A program made the translations under genes and the position numbers. 64,000 bases of DNA. Source: Octopus sinensis (lineage: Eukaryota). Shown here piece by piece: positions 40,108 through 52,879 of the stretch (position 1 is the stretch's first letter; the number at the start of each line of letters is the position of its first letter). Location of the stretch: positions 42,036,001 to 42,100,000 of the forward strand of contig NC_043005.1 in the NCBI RefSeq assembly GCF_006345805.1. The letters are read 5' to 3'. Below the pieces are notes generated by a model. That model saw only the letters and a list, made by a program, of their open reading frames with translations, was not told the origin of the DNA and did not search any database.

Positions 40108-40314
40108 GAACTCCTTGGTTTGGATTTGAAAACACTGAAAGTGGGAGCATACCCTTTCGGCTTCTTATCGCTTCTGAAGATCTGCTCGAAACTAACAGTG
40201 CCAGCAAACTCAAATATGCAAGCGAAGAATTTCTGCTCTCCCCTTTCCACCAGCGTGGGTTAAAATCAGTAAACACTATGCTTTCAGTGTTTTCAAATCC
40301 AAACCAAGGAGTTC

Positions 40315-40366
40315 TGAGCTGATGATAGAAATGTCGAGTTGACTAATCTTGAAACGTACGTTCTCA
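40315..40366 (+). ncRNA. Type I hammerhead motif
   Basis: Helix I TGAG/CTCA, CTGATGA 40319-40325, imperfect helix II (AGA..GTC-gagtt-GAC..TCT, with U-U at its base), GAAA 40351-40354, palindromic ACGTACGT, GUU triplet. Confidence 0.6.
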
Positions 40367-40870
40367 AATAACCTTTGCATTTGATTTTTTAATGTCTTTA
40401 CCCCCATACTTTCGTGAGTTGAATTGAGCAAACACTATATGAGAGAGGTTTTCTTTAAGTATTAGAAATAGTTTTAAAAAAGTTTTTTTTAGCTACTATT
40501 TCTAATGAGTTCAGTATGCGGCAAAGTAATTATTTTACTAAGCCTTTTATATAATGTAATAATTTGAATTCGCCTTAAATGGTCCTTTGCATACTGAATA
40601 CTTGGTGAAATTGATTAATAATTAATTAATTTTACCCTCAATTGTTGAAATTATAATTCATCTCTCTCTATTTAATGCCTCGGATTTTACCGAAAAAGCA
40701 TAGTGTTTACTGATTTTAACCCACGCTGGTGGAAAGGGGAGAGCAGAAATTCTTCGCTTGCATATTTGAGTTTGCTGGCACTCTAGTTTCGAGCAGATCT
40801 TCAGAAGCGATAAGAAGCCGAAAGGGTATGCTCCCACTTTCAGTGTTTTCAAATCCAAACCAAGGAGTTC

Positions 40871-40922
40871 TGAGCTGATGATAGAAATGTCGAGTTGACT
40901 AATCTTGAAACGTACGTTCTCA
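40871..40922 (+). ncRNA. Type I hammerhead motif (second tandem copy)
   Basis: Identical to 40315-40366, 556 nt downstream. Confidence 0.6.
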
Positions 40923-41342
40923 AATAACCTTTGCATTTGATTTTTTAATGTCTTTACCCCCATACTTTCGTGAGTTGAATTGAGCAAACACTATATGAGA
41001 GAGGTTTTCTTTAGTATTAGAAATAGTTTTAAAAAAGTTTTTTTTAGCTACTATTTCTAATGAGTTCAGTATGCGGCAAAGTAATTATTTTACTAAGCCC
41101 TTTTATATAATGTAATAATTTGAATTCGCCTTAAATGGTCCCTTTGCATACTGAATACTTGGTGAAATTGATTAATAATTAATTAATTTTACCCTCAATT
41201 GTTGAAATTATATATATATATATATATATAATATTTGTAAAAAAAACACAGATTCTAGGGTTAGCTCATCATTTTTCGGTCATTTGCTTGGCTTTAACAA
41301 TTGTCGCTTGAAATCGGGAATACATCTCATTATGATACATTA

Positions 41343-41374
<32 letters not shown>

Positions 41375-41378
<4 letters not shown>

Positions 41379-41730
41379 TTTTATTCTTTTTCTTGTTTCA
41401 ATCATTTGACTGCGGCCATGGTGGAGCACCGCCTTCAGTCGAATAAATCAATCCGAAGACTTATTCTTTGTAAGCCTAGTACTTATTCAATCAGTTCATT
41501 TTGCCGAACTCATCGGTTACAGGGACGTAAACACACCAATATCGGTTGTCAGGCGATGGTGGGGTGACAAACATAAGCACACAAATGCATACGTACATGC
41601 ACACATACACACACACACACACACACATACACACACACATATATATATATATTCTTCCAGTTTCCGTCTACCAAATCTACTCAGAAGGCTTTTGTCGACC
41701 CGAGGATGTAGTAGAGGACACTTGCCCATG
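41375..41730 (-). mobile_element. SINE family D, 5'-truncated
   Basis: Colinear homology to family D copies. Confidence 0.85.
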
Positions 41731-42023
41731 TTGCCTTCCTTCATCGGAGACTTGGCGAGAAAACGGTTAGGCGATAGTTATTCTAAAGAAGATATGAAAT
41801 AGAGAGTGGAGTGGTGTCATGAAAACAGACTTGAGATATGCAGGGATACTGTATCTGCAGTTGCATTGTTTAAGCAGAATGGTATACATGTAAATTTCCT
41901 GTGCCTTCTGTTTAAGTTCCAATAGTATTGTAAATTGGTCATTCCATGTACAGAGATTGTACACGGTGTTATGAATGTTCTGAAATATTTCACAACCTTG
42001 GATTTTTATCTCATTCTGTTAAT

Positions 42024-42079
<56 letters not shown>

Positions 42080-43199
42080 TTATGTATGTATGTATGTATG
42101 TATGTATGTACGTATGTATGTATGTATGTATCAATGAATAACACTAGATGTACACGAGTTAATCCACGGATTGACATCTAAACCCCCACGGTTACTCATT
42201 TATATTTTATTCACCTTTCTCTCAGAATCTGCCCTCCGTAAATATTATGGACAGTATATTTGTTATGATGTACATGTCTGAATAGCTCAAGAGCGTATTT
42301 CTTCACTCAACTAGGTCTTATTGTCTACATACACTGCAAGAATATCGTTTGGTCAATACTTATATATAAGTTTGATATTTACCTAATATTGTCGTGTGTG
42401 TATATTAATCTGACCTAACGAGGTGACTCAATTTAAATACCTAATTCAACTGAATCTTATTTATATATACATATACATACGTAACCCATCCACCCTCAAT
42501 AAATATGTATATTAATATATACATATATACATACGTATGTATATGTGCGCGTGCGTATGTGTGTTTTATTTTGGGATGGTCATTTTGCTAATAGCACAGG
42601 CACTGCTTCTGTCTCGCTTCTTTTTTTATTATCATTCGTCTAATAGTTAAGTAATTAAAAATTAACCTAATCAGAGAACTTCAGCTCTCTATACTCTTAA
42701 TGTGCTTCTAAATGTTTATCATCTAGTAACAGCGTGAGCAGTTTCGAAGGAATGTGTTTATTCGACACAATCGTACTTTATTTTAAGGACCCCAAAAGAG
42801 TGAATGACAAAGGTAACCTCTGTGGGATTTGAACCCATAATCTTAACAGCTGGAATAAACACCACAATGCATTTTTAGACGTTCTAACGAATCTGCCTAT
42901 GTTTCTTATTGGCAAAATGATCCTCCAAAGGTACTCGATACCTTTTGACACATTCTCACATCAAATAATTTTCAAACCAAATACAAAAATTTATGTCAAG
43001 CCCTGTCACGCTGAAGAGCCACTGACAATCACTATGTTCTCCTCACTAAAGATTACAACAACCACTCGATAATGTCGCTTCAAAAAGCAGTGTATCCCAA
43101 CAGGGATGTATACGAACTCTGTTGATTTAGCTGTATGAATGTTGAACCTCTCTAAATAAGAAGCAGAGAAATAAAAACAACACTATGTTGCTGATAAGC

Positions 43200-43850
43200 A
43201 ACAAGAAAATTGGAGTGCTGGGCAGACGAATTGGTCACATTGCCAGGGTACTAGTTTCGTCCAGTTCTCCAAGTGGAGAAGAACTGGGACGACTTGGCAT
43301 GCAGAGTGGTCAATCTCAGCCAGATATTGGCGTGAGAGGAAGCTGTGCAAAGTGGAATAGAGGTCGTATATCACAGGCTGAACGTCGTGCATTGCTCCAG
43401 TTCACGTCTCACTGGCCTGCAGTGTCCGCTCTTCCACTTTCCGTGGAAGGGACTCATTACACTGGTTAGGTGTTCAATTTGTTGACAACCTTCACTGAAT
43501 TGAGAATTTGGCACGCTGTAGGCGATGATGTGCAGACGTAGACTGAAGCTGGTACATCTTTTATGGTGAGTAAATATGATTGCCATTTATCAGATTCGCA
43601 TTTCTCAGTTTCCTTCACTAAACTACAGTATTGGTTGAAGCTAGAACAGAGATAGGGTACCTGACACACTGCCATTCGAGCAATGCTCTCAGTGTATGTT
43701 CCACTCTCGATAAAGATTTACTGGCGAGCGAGTGTGATGATTTACCCGAGGAGGCTCTGAGCGTTGACGAGAATCTACTGACTCATCAGTTGCGGAGGAC
43801 CTACCGACCTGAACGCACGGAGAATATCCAGATATCTTTGACCTAGCTGA
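43200..43850 (-). mobile_element. Probable decayed Gypsy integrase remnant
   Basis: GC-elevated island. Minus-strand fragments ALLEWQCVRYP, EKCESDKWQSYL, LHIIAYSVPNSQFSE and LEQCTTFSL*YTTSIPL resemble, in order, the WI.RFG.P / QFES.LW / TTAYHP..NG.VE / CTTAELVYGTTLRLP segments of the integrase core. Confidence 0.4.
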
Positions 43851-44709
43851 AAAATTTGAGTCCACTCATATACGGACATATCAGAGAGATCAGTGGTCTT
43901 TGCGAATAGCATTTAATACATTGCGAAAATCAATAAATCCATAATTTATTTTGACCCTGGATGTATATTTCTTTTCAATGCTGTGTATTTTTTTCCAGAC
44001 TGAGAAAAACTGGATCAAAGTGAAAATTGAAAAATAGGTCCCACATCAAGTTTCATTTTCGTCAATAGAAATACGTTATGTGGAGACCTATTTCTACACC
44101 TCATATTTCTCAGTTATTTATTTAGCGACATCCGACAAACTGTCCCCCTGTGCCATATCAAAAAGGTAACAATTTAATATAGAGCAATCAAGTTTGTAAA
44201 ACAACGCGACAGTGAAAGAAAGATATGGGTAACTTAAAAGTAAGTTATCTATCATCAGTGCTTAGATCCTTCGAACTTGGATAGTCGACAATAAACCTGC
44301 GAAAATGATCAGTTGTGTTAAATATGTGAATGAATATAATATTTTTCATTCCCTTGTTGATGAAGCTTTCATAACACACGTGTGTATTTGACCGGAAGAA
44401 ATATGTTTTTTGGAGAATGGTTCTGCACGATACGTATTGTATCTCTATATAAATAGACATTGTTTTATAGCTGCTCCAAGTTTTCACCAACTTATTGATC
44501 TAAACGTGATATTTTTTTTTTTCATTTTTCTCGAGGATTCTTGAGTTCGCTTTGCATGATAGAAATATTCTCAGGACCACTGCGAAAGTGTTTATTATGT
44601 CCTATTACATCTATGTCTGTGTCGCTGTGTGTGTGTATGTATGTATGTATTTATGTATGTATTTATATATGTATATATATATATTTATATACATATATAT
44701 ATATATATA

Positions 44710-44753
<44 letters not shown>

Positions 44754-45294
44754 TCGATACACAGAGGAACTCAAGGGATTCGGTTGCCAACCAATTGTGC
44801 GAGTATAACTACACACACGTCCACGCACACACATACTCACAGTACGCACAGGCACACGCACATGCTTACATATTCATATGTCTATATTTGTATGTATACG
44901 AAGGTAGATATACATGTACCACATACTCACCAGTAAGGGCATAATGTAAACACTCTTTCAACACATAAATGTGCTAAAACCTTTGTCATGAAGGACGTGT
45001 GTATGATCCTCTGACCTGAAGACAGTTTTCCTGGAACTTCACACAAACCTAAGGTACTTACGATTCACCAAATTATAGAGGTAACTTTACATCCAAATAA
45101 ACAGCAACTCCACATCAATGGCTTTCATACAATGGCCCAAATTATTACACAGACGTGTAACGGCATATAAACGCGTCTATTAGAACGAATCTTATATTTA
45201 TACTATGGTTCGTTTAAGCACGGTTGAGATAAAAGTCAGACCTGCCACGTATTTTTACCACCGTGATACTCATACACTGATCTGCTGGTGGAGA

Positions 45295-45852
45295 TATTTG
45301 GTTTACTTGTTCCTGTCATTGGACTACGGCCATGCTGGAGTACCACCATGAAGTAATTTCGTCGAAAAAAACTACCTCAGTACTTAACTTTAAATTTGGT
45401 ACATATTCAGTCGGTCACTTTTGCCGTCACGAGGACGCAAGATGACTAACATCAATTGTAAAGCAGTAGGAGAGACAAACACTATTGAAACACAAACACG
45501 AGAGAGAGAGAGAGAGAGAGAAAGAGACATGCACAAATATGTATTAAGGCATTTAATGGGCTTCTTTCAGTTTCCGTATACCACATCCACTCACAAGACT
45601 TCGGTCAACCTGGTATTGTATTAGAAGACCCAAGGAATCGTTAGCACGCCGGACGAAATGCTTAGCAGTATTTCGTCTGCCGTTACGTTCTAAGTTCAAA
45701 TTCCGCCGAGGTCGACTTTGCATTTCATCCTTTCGGGGTCGATAAATTAAGTACCAGTTACGCACTGGGGTCGATGTATGCGACTTAATCCCTTTGTCTG
45801 TCCTTGTTTGTCCCCTCTATGTTTAACCCCTTGTGGGCTATAAAGAAATAAG
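45295..45852. mobile_element. Decayed SINE D (minus, 45295-45620) and SINE A (plus, 45632-45852)
   Basis: Homology to family copies. Confidence 0.8.
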
Positions 45853-46047
45853 ATAATATTGTGTTTGTTTTTGCATTAGCTTGGAGAATGATGAAGGCTC
45901 CCAATAAAATATCTTTGCCATGTGTAATATACAGGTACTCTGCCTCAGTGACAACATAGACATGTGTATATAGGAATCTGTGTATGTATATATGTATACG
46001 TATGTAATATATATGTGTGTATGTGTGTGTATGTGTGTGTGTGTAAG

Positions 46048-46277
46048 AAACAGTTTGATTCGGCTCCATGCAACTTTAAGATTCGCGGCCCACTAACAGA
46101 GACAGGTCTCATTTAAGCTTAGATTATCGAATGGAATAACACAGAGATGGCTACCGGAAAGCCGTCTATCTTGGTCTTTCTGTGCTTTTTCATTCGGTGG
46201 TGTAAACCTGAAAGTGATAGGTTTCTGTTAAAGTCCCGCGAAAATTTAAGTCGCATGGAGACTGAATCAAAATGTTT
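46048..46277. mobile_element. MITE-like element with about 60-bp imperfect terminal inverted repeats
   Basis: aaacagtttgattcggctccatgcaactttaagattcgcgg versus the reverse complement of ccgcgaaaatttaagtcgcatggagactgaatcaaaatgttt. Confidence 0.7.
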
Positions 46278-46377
46278 TAAATTATACATGTAACTCTTGG
46301 TAAATTGTGTTGAGCGCATTTTTTTGTTTCCTTTGTCCACTCACTTGTATGTATATATGTGTGTCTATATATAGAAG

Positions 46378-46712
46378 AAGAAGACCCCCTTCGGTCATGA
46401 ATGACCATGGGATTGCACCTAGAAAGTTATCCTCCTAGACACAAGTCCGGGCAAGGTTGTTTATGGAAGGCCAGCAGTCGCCCATGCATACCAGCCTCCC
46501 CTCTCCACGCCACCAGTGTTATCCAAGGGAAAGACAAAGGTCGATACAGCTTGGTACCAGGGACGTCGCAACTCATTTCTACAGCTGAGTGAACTGGAGC
46601 AACGTGAAATAAAGTGCCTTGCTCGAGAACACAACACGCAGCCCGGTCCGGGATTCGAGCTCACAACCTCACGATCGTAAGCTCGACGCTCTAACCACTG
46701 AGCCATGCGCCT
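46378..46712 (-). mobile_element. SINE family C, well preserved
   Basis: tRNA-like head gaaggcgcatggctcagtggttagagcg with B-box gttcgaatcc; central ttgtgttctcgagcaaggcactttatttcacgttgctccag. Confidence 0.9.
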
Positions 46713-46742
46713 TCATATATATACATACATATATACATACAT

Positions 46743-46826
<84 letters not shown>

Positions 46827-47351
46827 ACACTACGCTCACACACATACACACACACGCGCGCGCACACACACACAACCACACACACACACACTACGCTCAC
46901 ACGCTTACATACACATAGATGATGAAGTTCTAACATTATTCATTGCATAACATACATCAGTATTCAATCAGTATGAAAATCAATTAATAAAGTATATTTG
47001 TAAACTTTTCTTGACATGAACGAACTTCTGATCTGAAGTGCACACCGACGCTGTGATGGTTCCATAAATCATAAGTGGGACTCATCGACTAACAGATCCC
47101 AATAAAATTCGTCAGGATATGTGTCATGAATAAGCTTAGGATAATTAAATCTTCTAGAATGGTCACCGTTATAGAAACAAGCTTCAGGTTGTGATAATAG
47201 AATACAGCTTTATATTGTTTTTAAAACTCGATACATATTCAATTGGTCTCTTATGGCGAAGCATTAAAGTTAAGAGACGTAAACAAACCAGTACCGGTTG
47301 CCAGGTGATGGTATGGTACAAATACAAACACACAAATGAATATATACTTGC

Positions 47352-47452
<101 letters not shown>

Positions 47453-47577
47453 TCCTTTTCAGAAATCTCGCTCAAATAATACACGAGAAAAGAGATTTGG
47501 GTGGAGATCAAACAATGCAGCATTTTATTAATGATTTTGATTGCAGTCGATTATGCTATTGATCAACATGCTTATTA

Positions 47578-47710
47578 CGAGGGGTGTATGAAAATTTTTG
47601 AGCCTTGAAGTCTTGTACCTTCATCAGAAGTCTTGTACCATGTGTTTTTTTTGTTTCTTTTTTGTTGTTGTTTTTTTTTTTGAGGCTCAAGAATGTTTAT
47701 ACACCACTCG
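47578..47710. mobile_element. Tc1/mariner-type MITE
   Basis: About 28-bp imperfect TIRs (cgaggggtgtatgaaaatttttgagcct / aggctcaagaatgtttatacaccactcg) with TA on both sides. Confidence 0.7.
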
Positions 47711-47749
47711 TATATGGATAATAAACCTTTCTACAACAGATTCAAAGCC

Positions 47750-47920
47750 TGGAATTGTTGATTACATGTCCACCAGTGCTCAAGTCGTATTATTTTATCG
47801 AGTCCGAAATGATGAAAAGTAAAGTGAGCCTCGGTGGAATTTGAATCAGAACGTAAAGACAGACGAAATACCGCTAAACATTTTGTCCGGCGTAATAGTG
47901 ATTCTACCAGCGCGCTGCTT
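47750..47920 (-). mobile_element. SINE family A, decayed
   Basis: Head and core homology. Confidence 0.75.
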
Positions 47921-49506
47921 TGATTATATCGATGATAATGACAAATAATTGTGATGAGGTTTATTAAAGATGAGACGATAAAGTTCTGTTCATGTTTTCT
48001 AATTAATGAGATAATGCTATTAACATTTTCAATTTTATTCAGTTCATAGTGAAAATCCTTATTTTAAACGGAAATAAACCATTAACATAACTATTGCACT
48101 ATTAATAAAAATCTTCTAGAGCCCATCTGCCTTTACTAATAGTTTTTATATATGATGCAGCTCGAAGCAAAGGAGACGATATGAATAAATTTTGTGAAAA
48201 AAGATAGAACTTTATTGTTCGAAGAACGTAAGGAGGAGCGAGCAAGAGGAAGTTCATATACGGTACTTTACTATTACTAGAGAAGATTTTCGTTTGCTTT
48301 CGAGAGAATTATTGAGAGATCTCTGAACGAAGTATAGCACAATGTGTTCTTTCTTGACCGGGGGAGAACACAATCTTTCGAACCGAAAAAAGAGATGAGA
48401 CAAGGGTACACGGAGAACAGGTGAATCATTCAAAGCTAACTGATTGATGTCAGCGTAGAAACATGAACGGAATATGTGAGTTATGGCTAGAGGTATTGGT
48501 AATGACGTTTACTTGGTTTGTCATTACTTTTGCAGTTCACTACTAGAAGCTGGTGAGCTGGTTTCACATTGGAATAATATGTATGTGATCACGAGGTGTA
48601 AGATCCGCATGGGCTTCCTATCTTTATTGATTTCCGGTGAAAAGGAAATCTGCGATTGTGGGAACGGATAGAGTGAAAATAAGATTTCTGGGGCTAATAA
48701 GACCGAGGCTCTACGCATGTGACAGTAAAGGTCTCTTGAAGCATTCTGTCCAGAAGAGAAAATATAAACGCAGAAAGGTAGACACTGGTAAATGCAACAA
48801 CAAAAACAATTGCTTACAGAAAAATCTACAGTTGTTGTTCCAACAGCACCACCAATTGTAGTTTCAGAATAGCCAGAGCAGAAACAAGAGTTCAAGATAG
48901 CTCGGCACCGGAAAGGTTCGGCAGAGTGCCGCATTGAAGGTCCAAACAGGAGCCGAATCCATTGTTGTGCAGGTAAGGGAAAGAAATGAGACCTGAAGAA
49001 ATTTTGAGAAACGTCTGAGAAAATACGAAGATATAGTGGAAGCGAAAAATTATAGCAAAAATTGAAAAGAAAAAAAAATAGTAGGTTGATATCAGTCCAA
49101 AGAAGGGTTTCATTCCCCCTGCAATATTTACGATTCACGCTTATCTGAATCTGTAACGGGAATCTAAAAGAGATCCTGAATGATTCGAAGGAGGATAACG
49201 GGATTACTGGCCTGATTGAAGCGCAGGTGGTGTATAAATAAACGTAAACACGAAGGGATACACTGCCGGTGAAATCACGGAAATATTATAACAACTGAAT
49301 GTGGAAGTCGTCGCAAATGAAAAATGACAGCAGATGTCACAGGAAAGACTTGGAGAACTCGGTCCTCAGAAGGTGATCAGAGCAAAAAATGTTCAAGGTT
49401 GTATCTAGTGACCAGTTACTTACACCTTCATAGTTGCGTTTTCAGCCGATTGATATATTGCATTTCGAATGTGCGGGCGGTAAAATATTAAGGTGATGCA
49501 ACTATC

Positions 49507-49733
49507 TGTTTCTTTATTACCCACAAGGGGCATAGAGCGGACAAACAAGGACAGACAAACGGATTAAGTCGATTACATCGAACCCAGTGCGTAACTGGTA
49601 CTTAATTTATCGACCCCAAAAGGATGAAGGGCAAAGTCGACCTCGGCGGAATTTGAACTCAGAACGTAACGGCAGACGAAATGCGGCTACGCATTTCGCC
49701 CGGCGTGCTAATGATTCTGCTAGCTCGCTGCCT
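49507..49733 (-). mobile_element. Young SINE family A with 18-bp TSD (one mismatch)
   Basis: taaggtgatgcaactatc 49489-49506 versus taaggtggtgcaactatc 49734-49751. Confidence 0.92.
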
Positions 49734-50774
49734 TAAGGTGGTGCAACTATCGTGGATGGATGAGTTGGTAGAGTGATGTGACTGCTCCAGGCAGCTGTGT
49801 CAGCAGAGCGGTGGCTGAAATACCTTGTACTATTTTGTTTGCAACTCTGAATCTCGCCATTTAAACTTCGAATCCACTTGCGGACATGTTTTTCATTCAA
49901 AGCGTTGAGGTCAATTTAATGGAATATTCTGGATTGTTCTCTCCCACTAAATATGTGGCATAAAGCTTAAGTTACAAGCAGTTAGTAGTGATATCAGAAC
50001 TGGGGAAATAATTGTGGTATTTAGTTACATCCTTTTACGTATTTACTTCATTTTGAACTGTGATCAACCGAGGAAGTTAAAACGCCACCAATTTAGTATT
50101 TTCTTCAATTTATTCAACGACTGCACCCCTTACTTTAGATATGCAGCCTTGTGCTTATGTTAAAAATAATTATTAATACGACTCTGTTTCATTGAGCTTT
50201 AAGATTATTTTTACATGAAATCCATATCGTGTAAGCTGAGAATTCACTTTTTATCGAGCTAAGTTTCTCGTCCAATAACAGAAACGTTACGAATTGTTTG
50301 TGACCCAGTGATACTATTGATACATCGAAGCAACGATCGAACGAAGTAAGCGATCACGTTTGCTAAATATTTGATATTAGGATTTTCTGTCGTGTCTGTT
50401 TATTCCGACTATATTTGTGGATATTGTTCGTTCTGTTCTCTGATTAGGTTCCGATTCATCAGGTAGAATGTGATCTAACGCATGGCTCTGTTTGCAATAA
50501 CGTTCTCGTTTCCTGATGAGGTTCATATAACTAAATCGCTCGGAATATTGAACAGTACTTTCTACTTACATGGATTCTTCTATGATAGTGCAACCAGGGC
50601 CAAAAGGAGAAAGTCAAACGAGAACGAGCGTATCGATTAGAACACTTGTCGATGTAATTCTCTTGCTTTCCTTCTTTTTTTATAACACACTGATATTGAT
50701 ATTTGAAGAACGATTCAGTTACACACTTCGGGTGCAATTTATACTGTTATCTGCTAACAATACCGTTGCCACCG

Positions 50775-50875
50775 CTTCTTCTTCTTCTTCTTCTTCTTCT
50801 TCTTCTTCTTCTTCTTCTTCTTCTTCTTCTTCTTCTTCTTCTTCTTCTTCTTCTTCTTCTTCTTCTTCTTCTTCT
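50775..50875 (+). repeat. (CTT)~33 / (GAA)n trinucleotide tract
   Basis: Direct inspection. Confidence 0.95.
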
Positions 50876-52767
50876 CCCCTTCCTCCGCCTCTTCTTCTGC
50901 TGCTGCTGCTGGGAGTATCAATAGCAATTCTAATAGGCAAAGACGCAACAATTTGTAAAATTTAATTATTTTCATAATCTACTTTCCCTATATCTCTTCA
51001 TGTTTCACATATTCCTTCAACTACCACTCTTCCTACTAATTCTACCAAACGACTACATTCTTTCTCACATCTTTACTGTCAATTTTTCTCACATTCCATT
51101 CATATTTTTTTACCACTGTTCTTCCTTCTAATCCTTCTCCATCATGAATCCTCACTCCCACTTATTATTTTTCGACATATCTTTGTCCCTCCTTTCGCTC
51201 CTATTCCGATTCCTCTCACCCATCTCTTCCCATTTTCTCCTTCCTCTATTCATCAACGCTGCATTTAAAATAACTTTGACGTGATATCGGTTTTAGAAGT
51301 GTTTGTAAAATGTTTATAATTTACTATACAAACCAAAGAGGCGCGACTATTCTTTCTCCGAAATGAAATAATTCCATACAAGTGCTTAAATTAATTAAGG
51401 ACATTCTCCCTAGATTTTTATCAGTAATTGTGTTTCTGTTAGGTTCTCGATATAAAACATTTTGCTCTGACTTAACTTAAGGTGGATAACTTCACTGTAT
51501 TGGTATCGTCTATGTGACTGCAGCTCTCGATAGAGCCGGATATTTTGCGTGTATATTGCTCAGTTATATATATTTACATTTATAAAATGATTGTTCTTTA
51601 TTATTTATTCACAAAAATAGGAGTAATTTCTTTTATATTGTAAAAAAAAAATTAGATAGATAATAGTAAATTCCCTGTTTATGTTGTAATTTTATTTTAC
51701 TGTAAATATTATTATATCTTGCGTAGTCGAAGGTATCTCTGAATTTCGATTGTTATATTGGCTTACTTCTGGCTTCTTCGTAAACGTGTACTTAATTCTC
51801 TTTCTATAGACATTTTCTCTGCTATTGATAACTGATAATTAATCTGCGGTTCACAATATAATCAGTTTTGTTTGGTAAGGCCAGCACAACTTCTACACAC
51901 CTACAATCAATGTTCTCTTTTGTTTGGCCAGTCTAACGATGTCAAACGACAAACCAATCGACTACCACAGCAAACATATAAACAAATAAATAAAACACTT
52001 AAATGAATTGTTCAGATTCACGTGTCTTTTTAACCTTGTCTGTTATCTTAATGTTTATGATATTCAATCAAGTATTTAACTGTGACATTCCAGATATAAA
52101 CTGTTTCATTTCTTTATTCTAAATATATTATATAAAACTGGGGGCGGGAACTTAGCTTGTTTCATTCAAAACCTCAGCTATCCTTTTCATTCTAACCTCA
52201 TTCATTATATATGTTACGCTTTACAAAAAGTTCAATTCATTTCTATTCAATTTGTTATGGTTGAGAACAGTTGTCTTTTCATAAAGTCCCTCAAACACTA
52301 GGTTCAAACCTAAATCGGTTGCTCTGCTTCTTTAGAAATGGCCTACCTTTTATTACTATCATTTGCTCGAAACTGATTTAATTAATTCTTTTATTTCTCT
52401 TTACATTTAACCATTTTAATTTGGACAAATCATTCGTCTGGCTATTTTAAAATCGATTTTAGCCAATAAATGATCTGCTTTGCAGTGAGTCCCCTAATCA
52501 TATTGGCGGCACTTTTGTTATTTTGTGATTGCAAAACAACAGACAACAGTGTAATTGTGCTGCTATCAAATTGACAGACTTTTTGTTTGCAAGGGTAAAA
52601 GAATGTTTACTATAGATGACTAGAAAATAACTATTGTCTTGCTTCAAGACTTGATACATAAAATACATTGACTATTGTTGTAGCTTTCAGAAGAGTTGCT
52701 ACTATAGTTATTGCTACTTTTCTATGTACAGATATCAATATCATTGTTACTATACCTGCTGCTGCTG

Positions 52768-52828
<61 letters not shown>

Positions 52829-52879
52829 GGAAGATGATAATGAGGATGTTTTTGATGATAATTGTTTGAAATTGTGGCA

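Larger units (their letters stand above)
39866..41212 (+). mobile_element. Retrozyme-like / non-autonomous Penelope-type element: 556-nt tandem repeat plus inverted arm, three hammerhead motifs, flanked by (TA)n
   Basis: Segment order b'a' | b c d a b c: b'=39866-40141, a'=40142-40284, b=40281-40555, c=40556-40655, d=40656-40694, a=40695-40837, b=40837-41111, c=41112-41212. Confidence 0.75.

Noticed and set aside
40169-40200. Second, opposite-polarity hammerhead-like core CTGAAGA-tctgctc-GAAA (also 40783-40810)
   Set aside because: Helix II cannot form and helix III lacks a valid A-U plus palindrome. An ambisense ribozyme is not supported unless the family consensus restores it.
39988-40987. 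ORFs 39988-40263 (+, 91 aa) and 40658-40987 (-, 109 aa) with the same peptide
   Set aside because: They are the two inverted copies of one repeat, with no recognisable motif and antisense to the hammerheads.
43235-43305. Hairpin followed by GAAACTAGTA on the minus strand, resembling a hammerhead
   Set aside because: The CUGANGA core is absent; it is only a 13-bp stem-loop inside the probable integrase remnant.
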